This document shows positions 24,504 through 37,529 of a DNA stretch of 64,000 bases, piece after piece. A program made the position numbers and the translations under genes. Origin of the DNA: Guillardia theta CCMP2712 (taxonomy: Eukaryota; Protista; Cryptophyta); contig NW_005434604.1 in NCBI RefSeq assembly GCF_000315625.1, positions 1 through 64,000 of the forward strand, written 5' to 3'. Numbering within the stretch: the first letter of the stretch is position 1; each line of letters starts with the position of its first letter. Below the pieces are notes generated by a model. The model was not told the DNA's origin. It saw only the letters and a list, made by a program, of their open reading frames with translations, and searched no databases.

Positions 24504-27109
24504 TCCCTTCCCCCTCTTCTCCTTTCAATCGCTGCCTCACTTTTCGATAAACTCGCACGTAACCATATATCCACTTCTGCGCTCCCTTCGCTATTTCTAC
24601 CTATCTGTGCCCGATCCCACCTGTCTCATCAGTCTCCTCCTTGTCCTATCCCTCGTCTCACTGAAAGTCTCGTCATGTCGAATTGCTAACTCTGCATACA
24701 TGCCTCATGACAACGTGTCGACGGCCTTGATGTTTCTCCACAAAGTTTGAAGTCTGTTGTGCCAGGTTTCCGCCCTCCTCTCGATGACTCAGGCGTCTAC
24801 AGGGAAGCTGATCAAGAGAAACCTTGCGCTTCTTCTGGGCTACAAGGGTACAAAGTACCATGGGTTACAGATCTCTGCCCAAGGCCTCCCCACCATCCAG
24901 GGTGAAATCTTCAACTCGTTCTACACGGCAGGGATGATTTCCGACTCCAACAAGGATGACTCGCAGAAGCTGAAATGGAGCTCTTCCAGCAGGACAGACA
25001 AGGGCGTCCACACGAGCTTCTGCGTCTGCTCCTTCAAGCTGCTCATGGATGAGACTCCGCAGTACCGCGTCAGCCCTGCGGAGATACAGAGGTGGAATAC
25101 CTTCTTGCCAGGAGACATCAGAATACTGCAGGCGTTCAGGCTGTCTAAGAACGCCAGGATCAACAACATGTGCACACAGAGGGAGTACGAGTATCTGGTC
25201 CCCTTCAACGTCCTCAATGGAAGACCGGTCTCGGAGCTGAAGCGTCTGCTGAAGGCTTTCGAAGGGACCCATCGGTTCCATAACTTCAGCGGGGCGCTGT
25301 TTCGTGAGAAGAATCAGAAAAGCTGCGGTGGAGAGGACGGGGCGGAATCCAATGGAGAGGAAGACAACGCGGACGGAGGTACAAGACTCGACCGCACGCT
25401 CTGACATGGCTAATGGATGCTCCCTCCTCAGACGGCGGGAGGAAGAGAAGTGCAGATGCTGCGGGGTTGGAAGCGAAGGAGACGCGATGGAAGGGCTTGA
25501 GGGCAAAGTATCATGAGGCCTTCGCGAGCCGGGTGATCCTATCATGTCGAATGCTGTGGTGCTTCATGCTTACTCAGATCCTTGCTTGCAGGATTGGAAA
25601 TGGCCTGTTACGGACGAAACTAGAATGAACAGGCAGGAATACGTGCGAACCATATACAGGTACTGATCGCATCATCCCTTCTACCATCTTTCCTTCTCCT
25701 CCGCCATTCCTCCTATCATGCCTGCTACCGTCCCTCCTACATCCCTTCTAACATCCCTCCCACCCCTCGACCATCTTTCCTCGACCGTGGTCACCTGGTC
25801 GCTGACCTGAGGCAGCGTGGAGGTGGATGATCAACCCATCCGGATCAAGGATGAGATCGATCAGGCGGAGGTGAACACGAGATAGCTCGGGCGAGGGATG
25901 ACGATCGCTGCAGACGGATTTCTACGTCATCAGGTTGAAGGGAGTTTCTTTCGCGATGCATCAGATCAGAAAGATGGTTTCGATCGTCTTGTTGATCCTC
26001 AACGGGTTGATCCCAGAGCCTGTTCGTTCCTCTCTCGCTCGTCCTGCCCTGACCCTCTTCCCAGGTCTTGGAGATCGCCTTATCGTCGCATTTCTTGGTG
26101 TCAGTTCCTTTGGCACCTCCTGAACCTCTCATCCTCGTTGGAGCAAGCTTCTGGGTTGGGGTCAACGTCATGCCTCCCAGGGCCTGCTAAGCTGCGATGC
26201 AGGATGCCAAGACAGAATCTTACAAGTTGGAAGTATCGGAAGAGGTAGCTGCATACCTTACGGACTGGAAGGCCGTTTAAACGGTTGAGCAGGAAATGCA
26301 GTCAAGTCGAAAGTACAAGGAAGAACACTTATACCCTCACGTTGCTGCGACGTTGAAGACGAAGAAGGTTGACGGGTTCAAATGGGGATGACGATGATTG
26401 AACTTCCACCGCAGACGTACATCAAAGACAGGAAGTCAGGAGACAAGATTGAAGAGCTTCCCTATGACAACTTCCTCTCGCATTCAGCCAGGTGAGTGGC
26501 ATGACTTGTAGAAGGAGATGGGCTGATCGGGCAGCAGCGTTGTGTCGTCAGGGTCGAACGGCTTGAGCTGGGATGTGTTGGTACCCGACGAGCTTTGATG
26601 CCTGCATGCGCTCTAGACAGCTGAAACCCTTTCAGATCGAAGAGAGCAACGCATGGGAGAAGCTCCGAGAAGAGATTTTCTCCGAGGTGACTCCGGCCTT
26701 CCTGCCTTGCCCGGCCGCAGCTGACTGTCTTGCAGCACGTGAAGCAGGCCAAGGAGAAGTTCAAGGACGACAACCTGCAAATGAACAAAGAGCTGCCGGC
26801 AGGCCTCATCACGGCGATCTGTGTGCGATATCGGGTAGGCCTGTCTCCGCGCCTCCCTTGCGCTCATCTGACTTCCCGCCCTCAGATTGTTCCCGGACCA
26901 AAACTCTCCTTGCTGAAACGGTGAAGGATTCTGAGCCTGCACGACCCCGCAGCCCTGACGTATCTCACGCATGCAGGCAGCTGTTCCGCGCAGTGGACGA
27001 GAAGAAGCTCACGCAATCCTCCGGGAATGCCTACGGCACGAGAGTCTCCTACGAGGATGTCTTCGCCTACATCGACAGCAACGGGCTCATGCAAGCCGAG
27101 GGTTCTTGA
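24387..27109 (+). CDS. PUS1: tRNA pseudouridine synthase, TruA/Pus1 family, multi-exon, possibly with an N-terminal targeting sequence
   Basis: ALLLGYKGTKYHGLQ, SRTDKGVH (catalytic Asp), LPGDIRI, REYEYLVP, FEGTHRFHNF, LKGVSFAMHQIRKMV. Upstream (CTCCTG)n could encode a poly-Leu hydrophobic leader. Start and C-terminal exons approximate. Confidence 0.85.
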
Positions 27110-27386
27110 TACTATGATAGACAATCGACGAACAGTGAATGAACGTGCAAACCTGACTCATGAACACTTTCACTCAAAGTTAAGTTAAAGATCAGTACGA
27201 GGACAATCACTGATGAACACTGAGTGTCACTCTATGTCCTGTCGTCACTGAGTCACTGAAACTTTTAGCTCCGGGCCGGGCCCCGGTCAGCCCATCACAA
27301 CCCCAGGAGTGCAGTACCCCCAAATGCAACGGAGTATTGGGGGGTTGGGGTGCCCTGGTCGCGCCAAAAATAGCAGCAGGGCCGGC

Positions 27387-27786
27387 ATGTTCGCAGCGGT
27401 GCGGCGGCTGCAGTCGAAGATGGCGGGGGACAGGATCGTGTGGGACCCCAACGGCAACGGATACTACGTGTACTCCTCTAAGCCCTTCTGGGAGGAATGG
27501 CAGATGTACGACCCCAACGCTGGAGGAGGCCTGGGAGCCTGGGATCGAGACCATCACTACGATATCTGGGGCAAGGTAGGAGGAGAGGAGAGGAGAGGAG
27601 GGGAGGGGAGGTGAGAGGAGGGGATAGGAAGGGAGGGGAGGGAAGGGGAGGGGAGAGGAGAGGAGAGGAGAGGAGGCGAGGGGAGAGGAGGCGAGGGGAG
27701 GGGAGGGGAGGGCAGGAGGAAAGGACAAGAGTGGACTGGAAAGAGCTGTGAAGATTTGCAAGGATTGTGGAGGATCGAATACCTAG
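27387..27786 (+). CDS. Small (about 70 aa) W/Y/D/G-rich protein; exons 27387-27575 and 27763-27786
   Basis: MFAAVRRLQSKMAGDRIVWDPNGNGYYVYSSKPFWEEWQMYDPNAGGGLGAWDRDHHYDIWGK|DCGGSNT*; GT-AG intron filled with (GGAGA)n. Confidence 0.6.
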
Positions 27787-28192
27787 GTTGAGAACAGACG
27801 TTGATGCTGGCATCACATGGCCAGTAGAATCGCAAGTGATGAGTGGGGAAGAGAGCATGGGAGGGCGGGGATGTAGAGATAGCAACCATTATCTCCTCTG
27901 ATCCGATCTGACCCGTATGTCACAGCCCGAGACTGTCGTCAAGACGCCCATCCACTGCAACCATCCCGGATGTCCTCAGGACTCCTTCTAGAGCTCTCCT
28001 CCCCCTCGTTCCACGTAGAGCTCGACAACATCAGAAGACTTGCTTTATATACAAAGCTTTCAAGTGATAGCTGCTGAAAGACAACGTCCCAGCATTCCAT
28101 CGCCATGCTGCCTGCCGCGTAGGCAACCGCCGAGCCGCAGTCTGCCTCCCCTCCTCCATGTGAGACCCTCGGGCCTCTCTCAGCCATCAGCT

Positions 28193-31100
28193 TCACTTGG
28201 CGGAGCTTCCTCGGTTGTACATGCTTGTCAGCTCCTTTCGGTTCGTAGCCAACACGATCTGGTCGAACATCAGCACCATCATCTCCTCTACCTCCCTATC
28301 ACTCACCCCAGCCACGATCAGCACAAGGACGTAGAACGATGTCGCCTTCACTCCCTCCCCGCTGTTCCTGCCCAGGGCCTCAGGACATGCTACTGCGAGT
28401 CCCGCCTCCCCTCCCCTCCCCTCCCTCCCTCCTTTCTCCACCCATTTCTTCAACCCCTCCTCCTGCTCCTCCTCCCCCTCCTACCTAGGGTCAGCTCGAA
28501 AGGAGAGCTCCACCAATCCGGTCGAGTCATCCAGGTCGACGGTGACAGGAGGAGAAGAAACCTTTGAAGCGCTCAGACTGGCAGGAGGTAACAAGGCGCG
28601 AGGACCTTGTACGCTCTCGAGTCGAGCTGAGAAACAGCTCGCACGACATACGAGTCTCTTGCCAGCGACGCGAATTCGAAGTATCTCCCCGCCTGCCCGA
28701 GCCAAGAGTCAACCGCGCGAGGAGAGGGGGAGCGAGTCACCAGGAGAGGAGAAGACTTGATGGGGGCGTTGGGGTTGGAAGCGAGCGCAAGCTCGATCAC
28801 GATCTGCTTCAAGTGCGAATCTTCCGCTGATGAGAAGTCAGCCGTCGACTGACTCGCTCGCATCAGCACCTCCTGGCACGACGCCCATGAGGTCAAGCTT
28901 GGCAGGTCGACGGAAGGCGATGAAGTCGAGTCCTTGGTGAGTCTCAGCAACAGCGAGGAGGGGGAAGAAGAAATGGACGAACAGATCAATGAATGGAGGC
29001 AAGGACAGAGGGAAAGAGGGGAGGGAAAAAAATTGGTAGAAAGGGGAGGGAGGAAGAGGAGGAAGCGGAGGGGAGGGAGGGAAGATGGGGAGGGGGCAAG
29101 AAGACAAGAGAGGGGAGGGAGGGAGAGGAGGAAGGCGGCGGGGGCGGGGGCGGGGAGCGGCAGAAGATCACCCGACACGTCCTTCTTCTCCATCTTGATC
29201 ACAACGTGGCTGGGCGAGCATCGCTCATGACGCATCCCCTCTCCATTCTTGATCGAGATCTTGTACTCGACGCCTGCAGTGCTCCCATCATCCCCTCCAC
29301 ACACCCAGCAGCGGGCGCACCAGGCCTTAGCCCTCGCAGCCTGAAGTTTCCTTCCTCATCGCTGACCGTCTCCTCGTACCTACAGTTCCATCATCACCTC
29401 CTCCATCCCACTCCCTCGTCCTTCCCCTCCTCCCTCGATCGCATCCTTCCTGCTCCACTCACCCCTGACTGTCATCCATGGCTTCCGCCTTCACCACCGC
29501 GCTGCGTGCTTGCGGTCAGAGCCGGCAGGTCAGCGACCCTCCTCTCACTTCTTCTCGTGCATCCCGTCGAGCAGGCGAACGGTCCCCAGAGCGCTGAAGG
29601 CTACCCGTTCACCCTGCACCTAAGGGGGTGGCTGTCAGCCCGACCGTCTCCCAGCTCGACATGCCCACCTGCACTATTGGATTCTCTCCCTCCTGCACTT
29701 TGACGGACTGTGAAGCAGGTTTGAACTGATACTCCTGCAGAGCCAGTCGTGGTCACGTATGGGGAGGCGGGACGAGCACGAGGTTGTCAACCTTAAGCAT
29801 GGGACGGAGGAAGTAGTTTCCAGGCAGCAGGCCCTGTTAGGGTACAACGTCACAATCTCGCCTTTCCTCGCGCCTCCCCTCTCCCTCCTCCACCCACCAC
29901 GAAGTAGAAGGTACCGTCGTCGCCAGTTCGGTTGTTCTGGCGGTACTCGTTCTCACCTTCAGCAAGCAAGTGAGTTGAGTTGGCCGGTCAAAACATGGTC
30001 AGTTCGTCCCACCGGTCAAAGACAGCATAACCCCTGCCAGTTGTGAACCCCGCGTGTCGACGACCTTGACCTTGACCTCACCCATCCGCACGCTCCTGCT
30101 CGTCGTCTCAGTCCTCCAGACTTTTTCTGTCCGAACTACACGGGCCTCTCGTCTTATCTCATCCACACCTCTTCTGCCTTTCTCTCCCCTCCCCTCCCCT
30201 CGTCTCGTCTCCTCACCTGAAGACTCCGTTGGACTCGAGCTTGAAGTTGTACCCTTCCTTCGTTGCGATTACCGTGTACTTCTTCTCGTCCCAGACTGGC
30301 CCGATGGAGTACTGCCCGTCATCCCCGGTGACGGCCCGTGCGATCTCATGCTCTTGTGCTCCTCCTCCCCTCACTTCCTCTACCACTCGCACAATCACAT
30401 TGGAGAGAGGAGGCTCGATCTTCCCCTTCAGCATCCTCCCGACCTTAGTAGTGAACCTGATCTTCTCGGAGCTGCATCGGTTCTCAAAGGACGGCTTCAC
30501 CACCTCTGACCGCGGTTCGAACATGAGGTTCTCTCCCTCAACCTTGGGAGTGATGTCAACCTGGCAACCCCGTCAATTGCTGCTCGTCTTTCTTCCGCCT
30601 GCTCTCTGCTCCTTGCTCTTACTCGATTCTCCTCCCTCTCCTCCTTCCTCCAATCCCTCCCCCCGCCTCGCCCTTCCCCCCATTAACTGCCGCCGCCGCT
30701 GACATCACTACCACAACCCCCCCCCTCCCCCCCTCCGCTTTATCACCACTTGTCCAGGCTTCGTCCAGATCGTGGCCACATAAGCGTTTCCTTTGGGTTC
30801 GGCCTTGACTGTCTCAACTTTCTTCCCGCTGGAACGCTGGACCTGAGGGCGGCTGTCAGGACTCCAAACGGATGAACCCGTTCTCGATAATTCCCCGCTT
30901 ACCTGAAGCTCGAAAGAGATCTGCATGTCCGACCTGGGCTTGGCCTCCACCTGACCCGAGACATCAGGCGCCCCAGCACGTGCGAGAACCTCACCATCAG
31001 GTCTGTGGAGACCTCCTCGACTGCAAACTTGAGGACCTTTGCCGATGGCGCAGTGAAGGTCTTCTCCGACAGCCTGCCATCCCGTCCATCATCCGGCCCG

Positions 31101-33032
31101 CAGGACGAGGGATCTTGTCCTCACCTGACGCACTTGTCGCTCTCAATCGTGAAGGTGCCACTGCGAGGGATGCAGAGAGTGGTCTGCCCCGTCTGCAGGT
31201 TCAAATCGTACTTGGTGCCTGACTGGTGGACAAGCTTGACGGGAAGGGACCTTGGGACTTCGACATCTGCAGCACAGATCTCAGAAAGAAAGGAACGTGT
31301 CCCCACCATCCTCACTTGTCAAGAAGCCAGCCTGAACGAACTTGAGGGACGAAGAGTCTTCGGTTCCAACCTTGACGCTGATTGACTGAGACTTCCAGCA
31401 CCAGTCCTTCTTCTCGACCGTGACCGTGTAAGGCCCGGCGGGGATGTTTGCAAACGAGAACTTCGACTTCCCGTTCAGAGTCTCCGACTTGACGTTTTGA
31501 CCATCTTTAATCAAAGTGATCTTGATGTTGTCCCCACAGGAGCTCTCCAGGCAATCAATGCTTCCCTGCACGTGCAGTGCTGCCTGCCTGAACTCCGCGT
31601 TCAACACCGGGCCGTCTGCCAGCGCGACCTTCTTCTCAGAGGGAGTCATGATAATGCCAGTGCCTGCGAACACGGAGAGCACGTACTCCTCGGGCGCGAG
31701 CATCACACAGAACTCTCCCTTGCTGTCGGTGAGCAGAGACTCCTGCCGCCCTCCCTTCGACGAGCGGATGCTCACCTTGTGCCCCTGGACCGGAGAGCCA
31801 GGCTCCATGTTGACCTTGCCGCACAGGGAGTACTTGCTGGCCTGGATGCTGCCGATCCTCCGGAGCTGAGGAGAGAGCTCGTAGCCCTTCAGCTCGTCGA
31901 AGAGCATGTTCTCCTTGCTCACTGTGATAGAGTACGAGCCAACAGAAGTCTTGATGGAGTAGGAGCCCGACTGGTCCGTCTCAGCCACAGGCGAGCCGTT
32001 GATGGACACCGTAGCCTTGGCGACGCCGTTCCCTTTGAAATCCAGCACCTTCCCGCCGATCACGAACTGCTTCAGGCTCAACGGCTCATCGACGATCACC
32101 GGCGAGTGCTCGACAGCCACTGAGACACTGTCCCTGTCGAACTCAAACCGTGAGGACTGCGAGTCTTTCTTGTCTACGCTGATGTGGTAGAGGCCCAAGG
32201 GAACATGCTCGAAGACGTACGACCCGTCCTTTCCTGAAACGGCCGAGCACCATGCCCCCTGCTCTCTCGCTGTGTCAGAGACTTTGCAGAGGAGGTCCCG
32301 CGGTCGCTCCGAGCCACCCTGCGGCTTCAGGAGCACCGGAACCTCCGACGCGGCTGCTCCCTGCGTCCAGCGTACGGCGCCCTTGACGTCGTAGCCGATC
32401 ACATCGAACGTCTCCTTCACGTCCGACTGACCGAAGGAGGTCACAACCTCGACGGAGTTGCGGCGGAACTTGTATCGTTGATGGTGAGCGGTCAGCGTGT
32501 AGGTCCCGTGCGGGGCGTCCTTGAAGGTGAAAACTCCCCCTTCTCCCGTCTCCGTGGAGAAGGTCCCCCCCGACTTGCTCTGCAGCTTCAGGTGAACCCC
32601 TGCTGGGCCAGACTCCGAGCCCTCCGTGCGGACTTGTCCAGCAAGGGCGAACCCCACCACTTTGAAGTCGATGTCCTTGCCCTGCATGCAAGGCCCGTCG
32701 TCTTCAGTACTCACCTCCTGCTCTGCCGAGTCGAACATCCAGCCCGGGGGCCCTTCGAGTCGGACGTTGTACCTGCCCTTCTCGTAGATGGGGAGGTAGT
32801 AGTAGCCGTTGGGGGCACACTCGGTCTCGGACTTGAACACGCCTCCCAGCGTGTACAGTTTCACTCGGATCGGCGAGAGGTCTGGCTTCTCGTCATTGGC
32901 AAAATCTCCCGACAGGCGGACGAATCCCCCGCAGCCAATCACGTCCTCCTGTGCCAACGCGTATGGAAGGAGAGAACCTGCAAGAAGCAAGCCCAGGAGG
33001 ACGCCCCCAGAGAGGCGATTCGTGCTGTGCAT
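28193..33032 (-). CDS. NOMO: Nodal modulator (NOMO) homolog: ER type-I membrane protein with tandem beta-sandwich domains, multi-exon
   Basis: Signal peptide, then DVIGCGGFV..DLSPIRVKLYTLGGVFKSETECAPNGYYYLPIYEKGRYNVRLEGPPGWMFD (diagnostic NOMO N-terminus), DIDFKVVGF, DWCWK, GKIEPPLSNV; C-terminal TM SFYVLVLIVAG. 3' end approximate. Confidence 0.92.
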
Positions 33033-35029
33033 TGAGGGACCGACGCTGATATCAAGGTCCAGGGAAAACTTGGACGGTCAAGTCGAACCTGCGAATTTGA
33101 AAAGAGATCAGACATGCGAATATATATGCAACCTGTTGATGTTTCTTTCCCGGCTATCTTCATCCTCCCCTCTCCTAACTACATTGCGTCCTGTATGACA
33201 GATGCGATACCTCTTCTACGGGCATGGCTTCTGTCTAGATGACATCGGCCTTCTCTCGCTGTATGTTTGTCATCTACACATTTTCACTTTCTTGCACATC
33301 TTCACCTCTCACTCACTTCTAACCCATCACATTCCCCTCCCCATTTTCCTCCCCCTGCCATGATCGTCGCTAGTGTGCCATTTCTCGGATCCTCGTGTCA
33401 ACCGTTACCCACAAACGGATTTACAGTTACAAACCGTTGAAAATTCATTTCGTTACACTCGTAACGGGTGCGGCGCTATATCCGGCGGCAATGTTCCAGT
33501 TGCTCTACTTCTTCGGATGGAGTAAGTCGAAGATGATGCAGGAGGAGAGGAGGAGAGGAGAAGATGTAGACAGAAGAGAAACGAGGAGATCAGGAAAGCA
33601 GGAGTAACGAGGGAGCTGAAGAAAGGAGGAGAGGAGGATAGGAAGGGATAGGGGGAGGGGAGGAGTAGATGTGATAAACGAGAGATCAGGAGAGGAGGGG
33701 ACAAGAGATGATGACAACTGCAGAAGTTCGTTGCCTGACCAGGTGGTTTGGCTATGAGGAGTCTAGGCTGGATCACATGAGAGTAGCTGAGGAGATATGA
33801 GATGCGACGCATGAAAATAGAGAGGGCGAGCCAAAGGGCAGGTGGTGGATGTTGGTGGCCATGAGGATGGGAGGGAAGTTTAAGGAGGGAAAAACGCAAT
33901 ATGAATCCTCCATACATAGAGCAGAGTGACAGGCTGGAAGACGGAGGAGAACTACCTAGGGAGAAATCGAAGAGAAATTGAGCGGATCTACCTCAGAGAA
34001 AGATAAGCAGCTTGCGGGGAACCATTAAGTGTGCATGAGAGTGAACGGGAGACTACGCAAGAGTGAAAGATAACTGGGATGAACATCGCAGAAGTAGATC
34101 AAAGCAACAATGATGAGGGAGTAATGGTAGCTGGATGGTGTTGAGATGGAGGTTGGTACATGGCAAAGAGCAAAAGAGTGAGAGGAGGTTCCTTCTGTTT
34201 GTTTTCTTGACACATCGTGTAGATTGGACTCAGAATCACAACAATGGCATGGATGGGAACAACAATGCCTGCGACACCATGAGTCACTCCGCTACCCTTG
34301 GTAAACAAGAATCGAGCGCTCCTGTGAAAGCAACAAACATTGCAACGTTTGACTTTGATGGCTCGCAGGGCAGGATGACGTCTGCCTTGGTGGTTGGCAC
34401 CAGCATCACAGTATACAAAGCTCTCTCCCTTTGCATCCTCACTGACACCGTCCCAGTCTACGGCTTTGCACAGGGAGATCAGGCATACACATCCTCCAGG
34501 TCTTACAAACCATGTTAGTGATGCTCCTTGGCCTGACGGTTCTCCTCAGCACGTATGATGAAGCCGTTCAGCATTTCACGGGCATTATTGGTGCCAATGA
34601 TGATGGAGGGTTCCGGTACTAGAGGGGCTAGGAGATTTCTTAACCCTCGTTGGTGCGTTGATTTGCAAAGCAAACAACTTGAGCTGATGGACTTTTAGTC
34701 GGTGGGGCAAGAGAATTTTGACTGAGAACCGTTGGACACGAAGAGTTTGAATGAGATGATGGGATGACCATGATTTGTTGTACAATGAATACCACAAAGT
34801 TGTTTGCGCGTGAGGAGTTGGGTGCTTGCCCTATGTTGACGACATTTCACACCTACCCCTGAATGTCTTGTGCCCACATAACACATGACAAAGCAGTGAG
34901 CAACGTGAGCAACAGAGTTTGTTTGAGCAGGGATTCTTGAATATCTCAGAGCGCACGCATGTAATGCCAATAGCTAAATGATTATCATTTTACAATCGAT
35001 GCTAGATCGATTTGTGTAGGATTTGCCGG

Positions 35030-37088
35030 TCAAATCAACCCGAAGAAAGAGGAGCTGTTCCTTGTGGTCCTGCCCACGCAAGTCAAATCAGAAGGAAAAG
35101 AACTTTTGACTCTTACTGCCCATTCACTTGATCCGCCTTGACCAGGGTGTGCTGAAGGAGTCCTTCGGAATACCTGATCCATAAGTAAGAACCTTGGAAC
35201 TACCATAAGGACCTGGAAGGCGGAAGTATCGTACTCGTTCAGACACTTGCGCAGTTTTGCATTCTCCATGAGAAGGCGGAGAGATTCGATGTGTAGCCTC
35301 TCCTCAACTGGGACCTGATGGATGGATCAGCCTGAACCTCTTGCAGAGGTTGCGACTTCACCTGAGCTGCCTCTTCCATTACTTTTTCAATTCGCTCGTT
35401 GCTGAGCTGGAGCAGCGATCGGATGCCGAGGGAGACCTAAAAGGAGGCGTCGGCAACTCGATCGATGCTGGGAAACGAACCTGTCCCTTGGAGCTCAGGC
35501 TCTTGATAGACGTGTTCTCCAGCTCCTTGCGCAGGTCTCGCAGTGTTCGGGTGAAATTCTCTTCAAATTCTTTTCTTCGCTGGAGGGAGTCAACGAGGTC
35601 TTCTGTCGGAACATTGTCCCCACTGTCTGAGTGTCAGCAGTACACACTGGCAGACAAATCAAGCTGTCCACCTCATCGCTCCATTCCTATTCGGACCCAA
35701 CCTCTCAAGTTCCGCTCGAAGGCTCTTGACCTTCAGTCCCATGAGCTTCTAGGCGGTCAGAAGGACAGATGGCAGACCTCTTTCGCCAGGACCGCTTTCT
35801 GTGCATTGGCCTGGGCGATGACCTGAAAAAGCGCTATCAAAAGACACCAGGACATCGCGTTAAAAAAAAGAGGACAAACCTCAGCTTTTTGTGCCTCCAG
35901 GCGAGCGATCTCAATCTGAGCCTGTCTAAGGGCCTAAAGTACAACTCATCAATGTTTCCATAGCACTAAAGATGAGAATGTACATGTGAAGATTCGGAGC
36001 TCTCGCCTCCACCCGAGGCACGCAACTGAGCGACTTCTCTTCGAAGCTGTTGACATATGTCATGTGCATGCTCTCTTGGATGTGCTCTTGTCGCTGTCAC
36101 CTTCACGACCTCCTGGGCAAGCAGCTGCTTGTGCAAGTTTGCGGAAGATGCACTATCATCCCCCGTGTCTGCAACAAGTATGGCTGTCAATTTGATCTGC
36201 AATCTTCAGGCATCCACATAGAGAAGTTCGTTACCCTGGGTCGACATCTACGGGAACGCACGTCAGAAACTTTCAGCCTCCCAACGGTCACTGTTGTACT
36301 CACCGGACCACTGTCTCCGTCTAATACAAGGAAGTAATCACCCTTCATGAGCAATATTCAGCGGGCAGAACTCTATGACAAAATTCGGAAAAGCATGTCG
36401 CACTTACCCTCTGACCAGTGAAGACGACTTTCTCCTCCTGCCCGTTGTCCCACCTCACAGAGCAATATCCACCATTGGCATGTACAGCAATCACAGTCCC
36501 TTGGCCCTTCATCATTGTCATTTTCTTTCCTTCCCTGCTATTGCCAGCCTCACCTTGTCTTTGAACTGCGATGCCATTTTTACACGCTGCATTCAAGTCA
36601 AAACTTCCCCACTGGTGGATCAAACCAGTCATTTCGCCGGACAACACTCACCTGGCCAACGGTTGGAGTGACATCCTTCCCGAGAAGCACTTCCATGTCT
36701 GCAAGAGAGATCAGTGCTTTGTGGATAAAGGTTACACAGGAAATCGTCAACACATATGAACTCGTATAACACCTAGTTCGCCTAGAACTCGCCGCACACT
36801 CCTTATTCTCTACCCTCATGGTCTGTCTCTTCAATCGCTCTAAGTTTCACTCCTTCCTTCTCGACCTGCTTTCTAAGATAGCCTCTTGTAACCCCACCCC
36901 TTCCCTTCTTTGTTCTGTGCTCCGATGTCAAAACGTACTGTACCTTCCATATGAGGCCTCATTGAACGGTATCTCAGTGGACACAAATTCTCATGCTGGG
37001 ACATGAATCTCACGCATCCTCCTAATCGAATCTCTTTTTCCTCCCTCTCCTTCCTTGTTCGCGCCATCGCCATCACTCTCCTCCCCAT
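35030..37088 (-). CDS. Coiled-coil protein with a MIB/HERC2-like domain, multi-exon
   Basis: VGQ..VVRRNDWFD...GQGTVIAVHANGGYCSVRWDNGQEEKVVFTG..GDYFL resembles the MIB/HERC2 consensus (RVVRGxDW...GxGTV...VxWDxG); flanking coiled-coil exons. Confidence 0.55.
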
Positions 37089-37529
37089 CTCCTCCCCTCC
37101 TCTGTCGCCATACCGAAGAGCCGCGGGTCAAGCTTCTTTTAGGCTCTGAGGCGCACCCTTATTTATTTCTGTTGCTTTTTGTAACTGTTGATGTGCGAAT
37201 GGATCAAAGCTGCGATGTCTGAAACAGGCTGATCTGCATCGATCAGATGGAGAGAGCCAGCCCTAGAGCCACTCACTTCAAGTTTTCTGGAATTTCTGGA
37301 AAGCTTCATCCTCATGCAGGCCGTGCAGGAGGGACAGGTATTCCGGGCCCAAGCTTCCGAAGTTTCTTCGTGGCGAGCCCTCTCCGAGGCTTGACCCTCA
37401 GGAGTGCGGTCTCTGGCTGTGCCTGCAGGTAGATGAGGATATCCGCTGCATCCCTGCTCTGGGTTCTTTGGTAGTATTCCTGCAGTATGGAGTACTGCTG
37501 TTGGCTGATATTGCCCTGGGGCCTCCGAG

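Noticed and set aside
34250-34520. Possible RING-finger remnant on the minus strand (LCIL*C...VILP...RCNVC)
   Set aside because: Needs several frameshifts and stops; too weak to call without an HMM search
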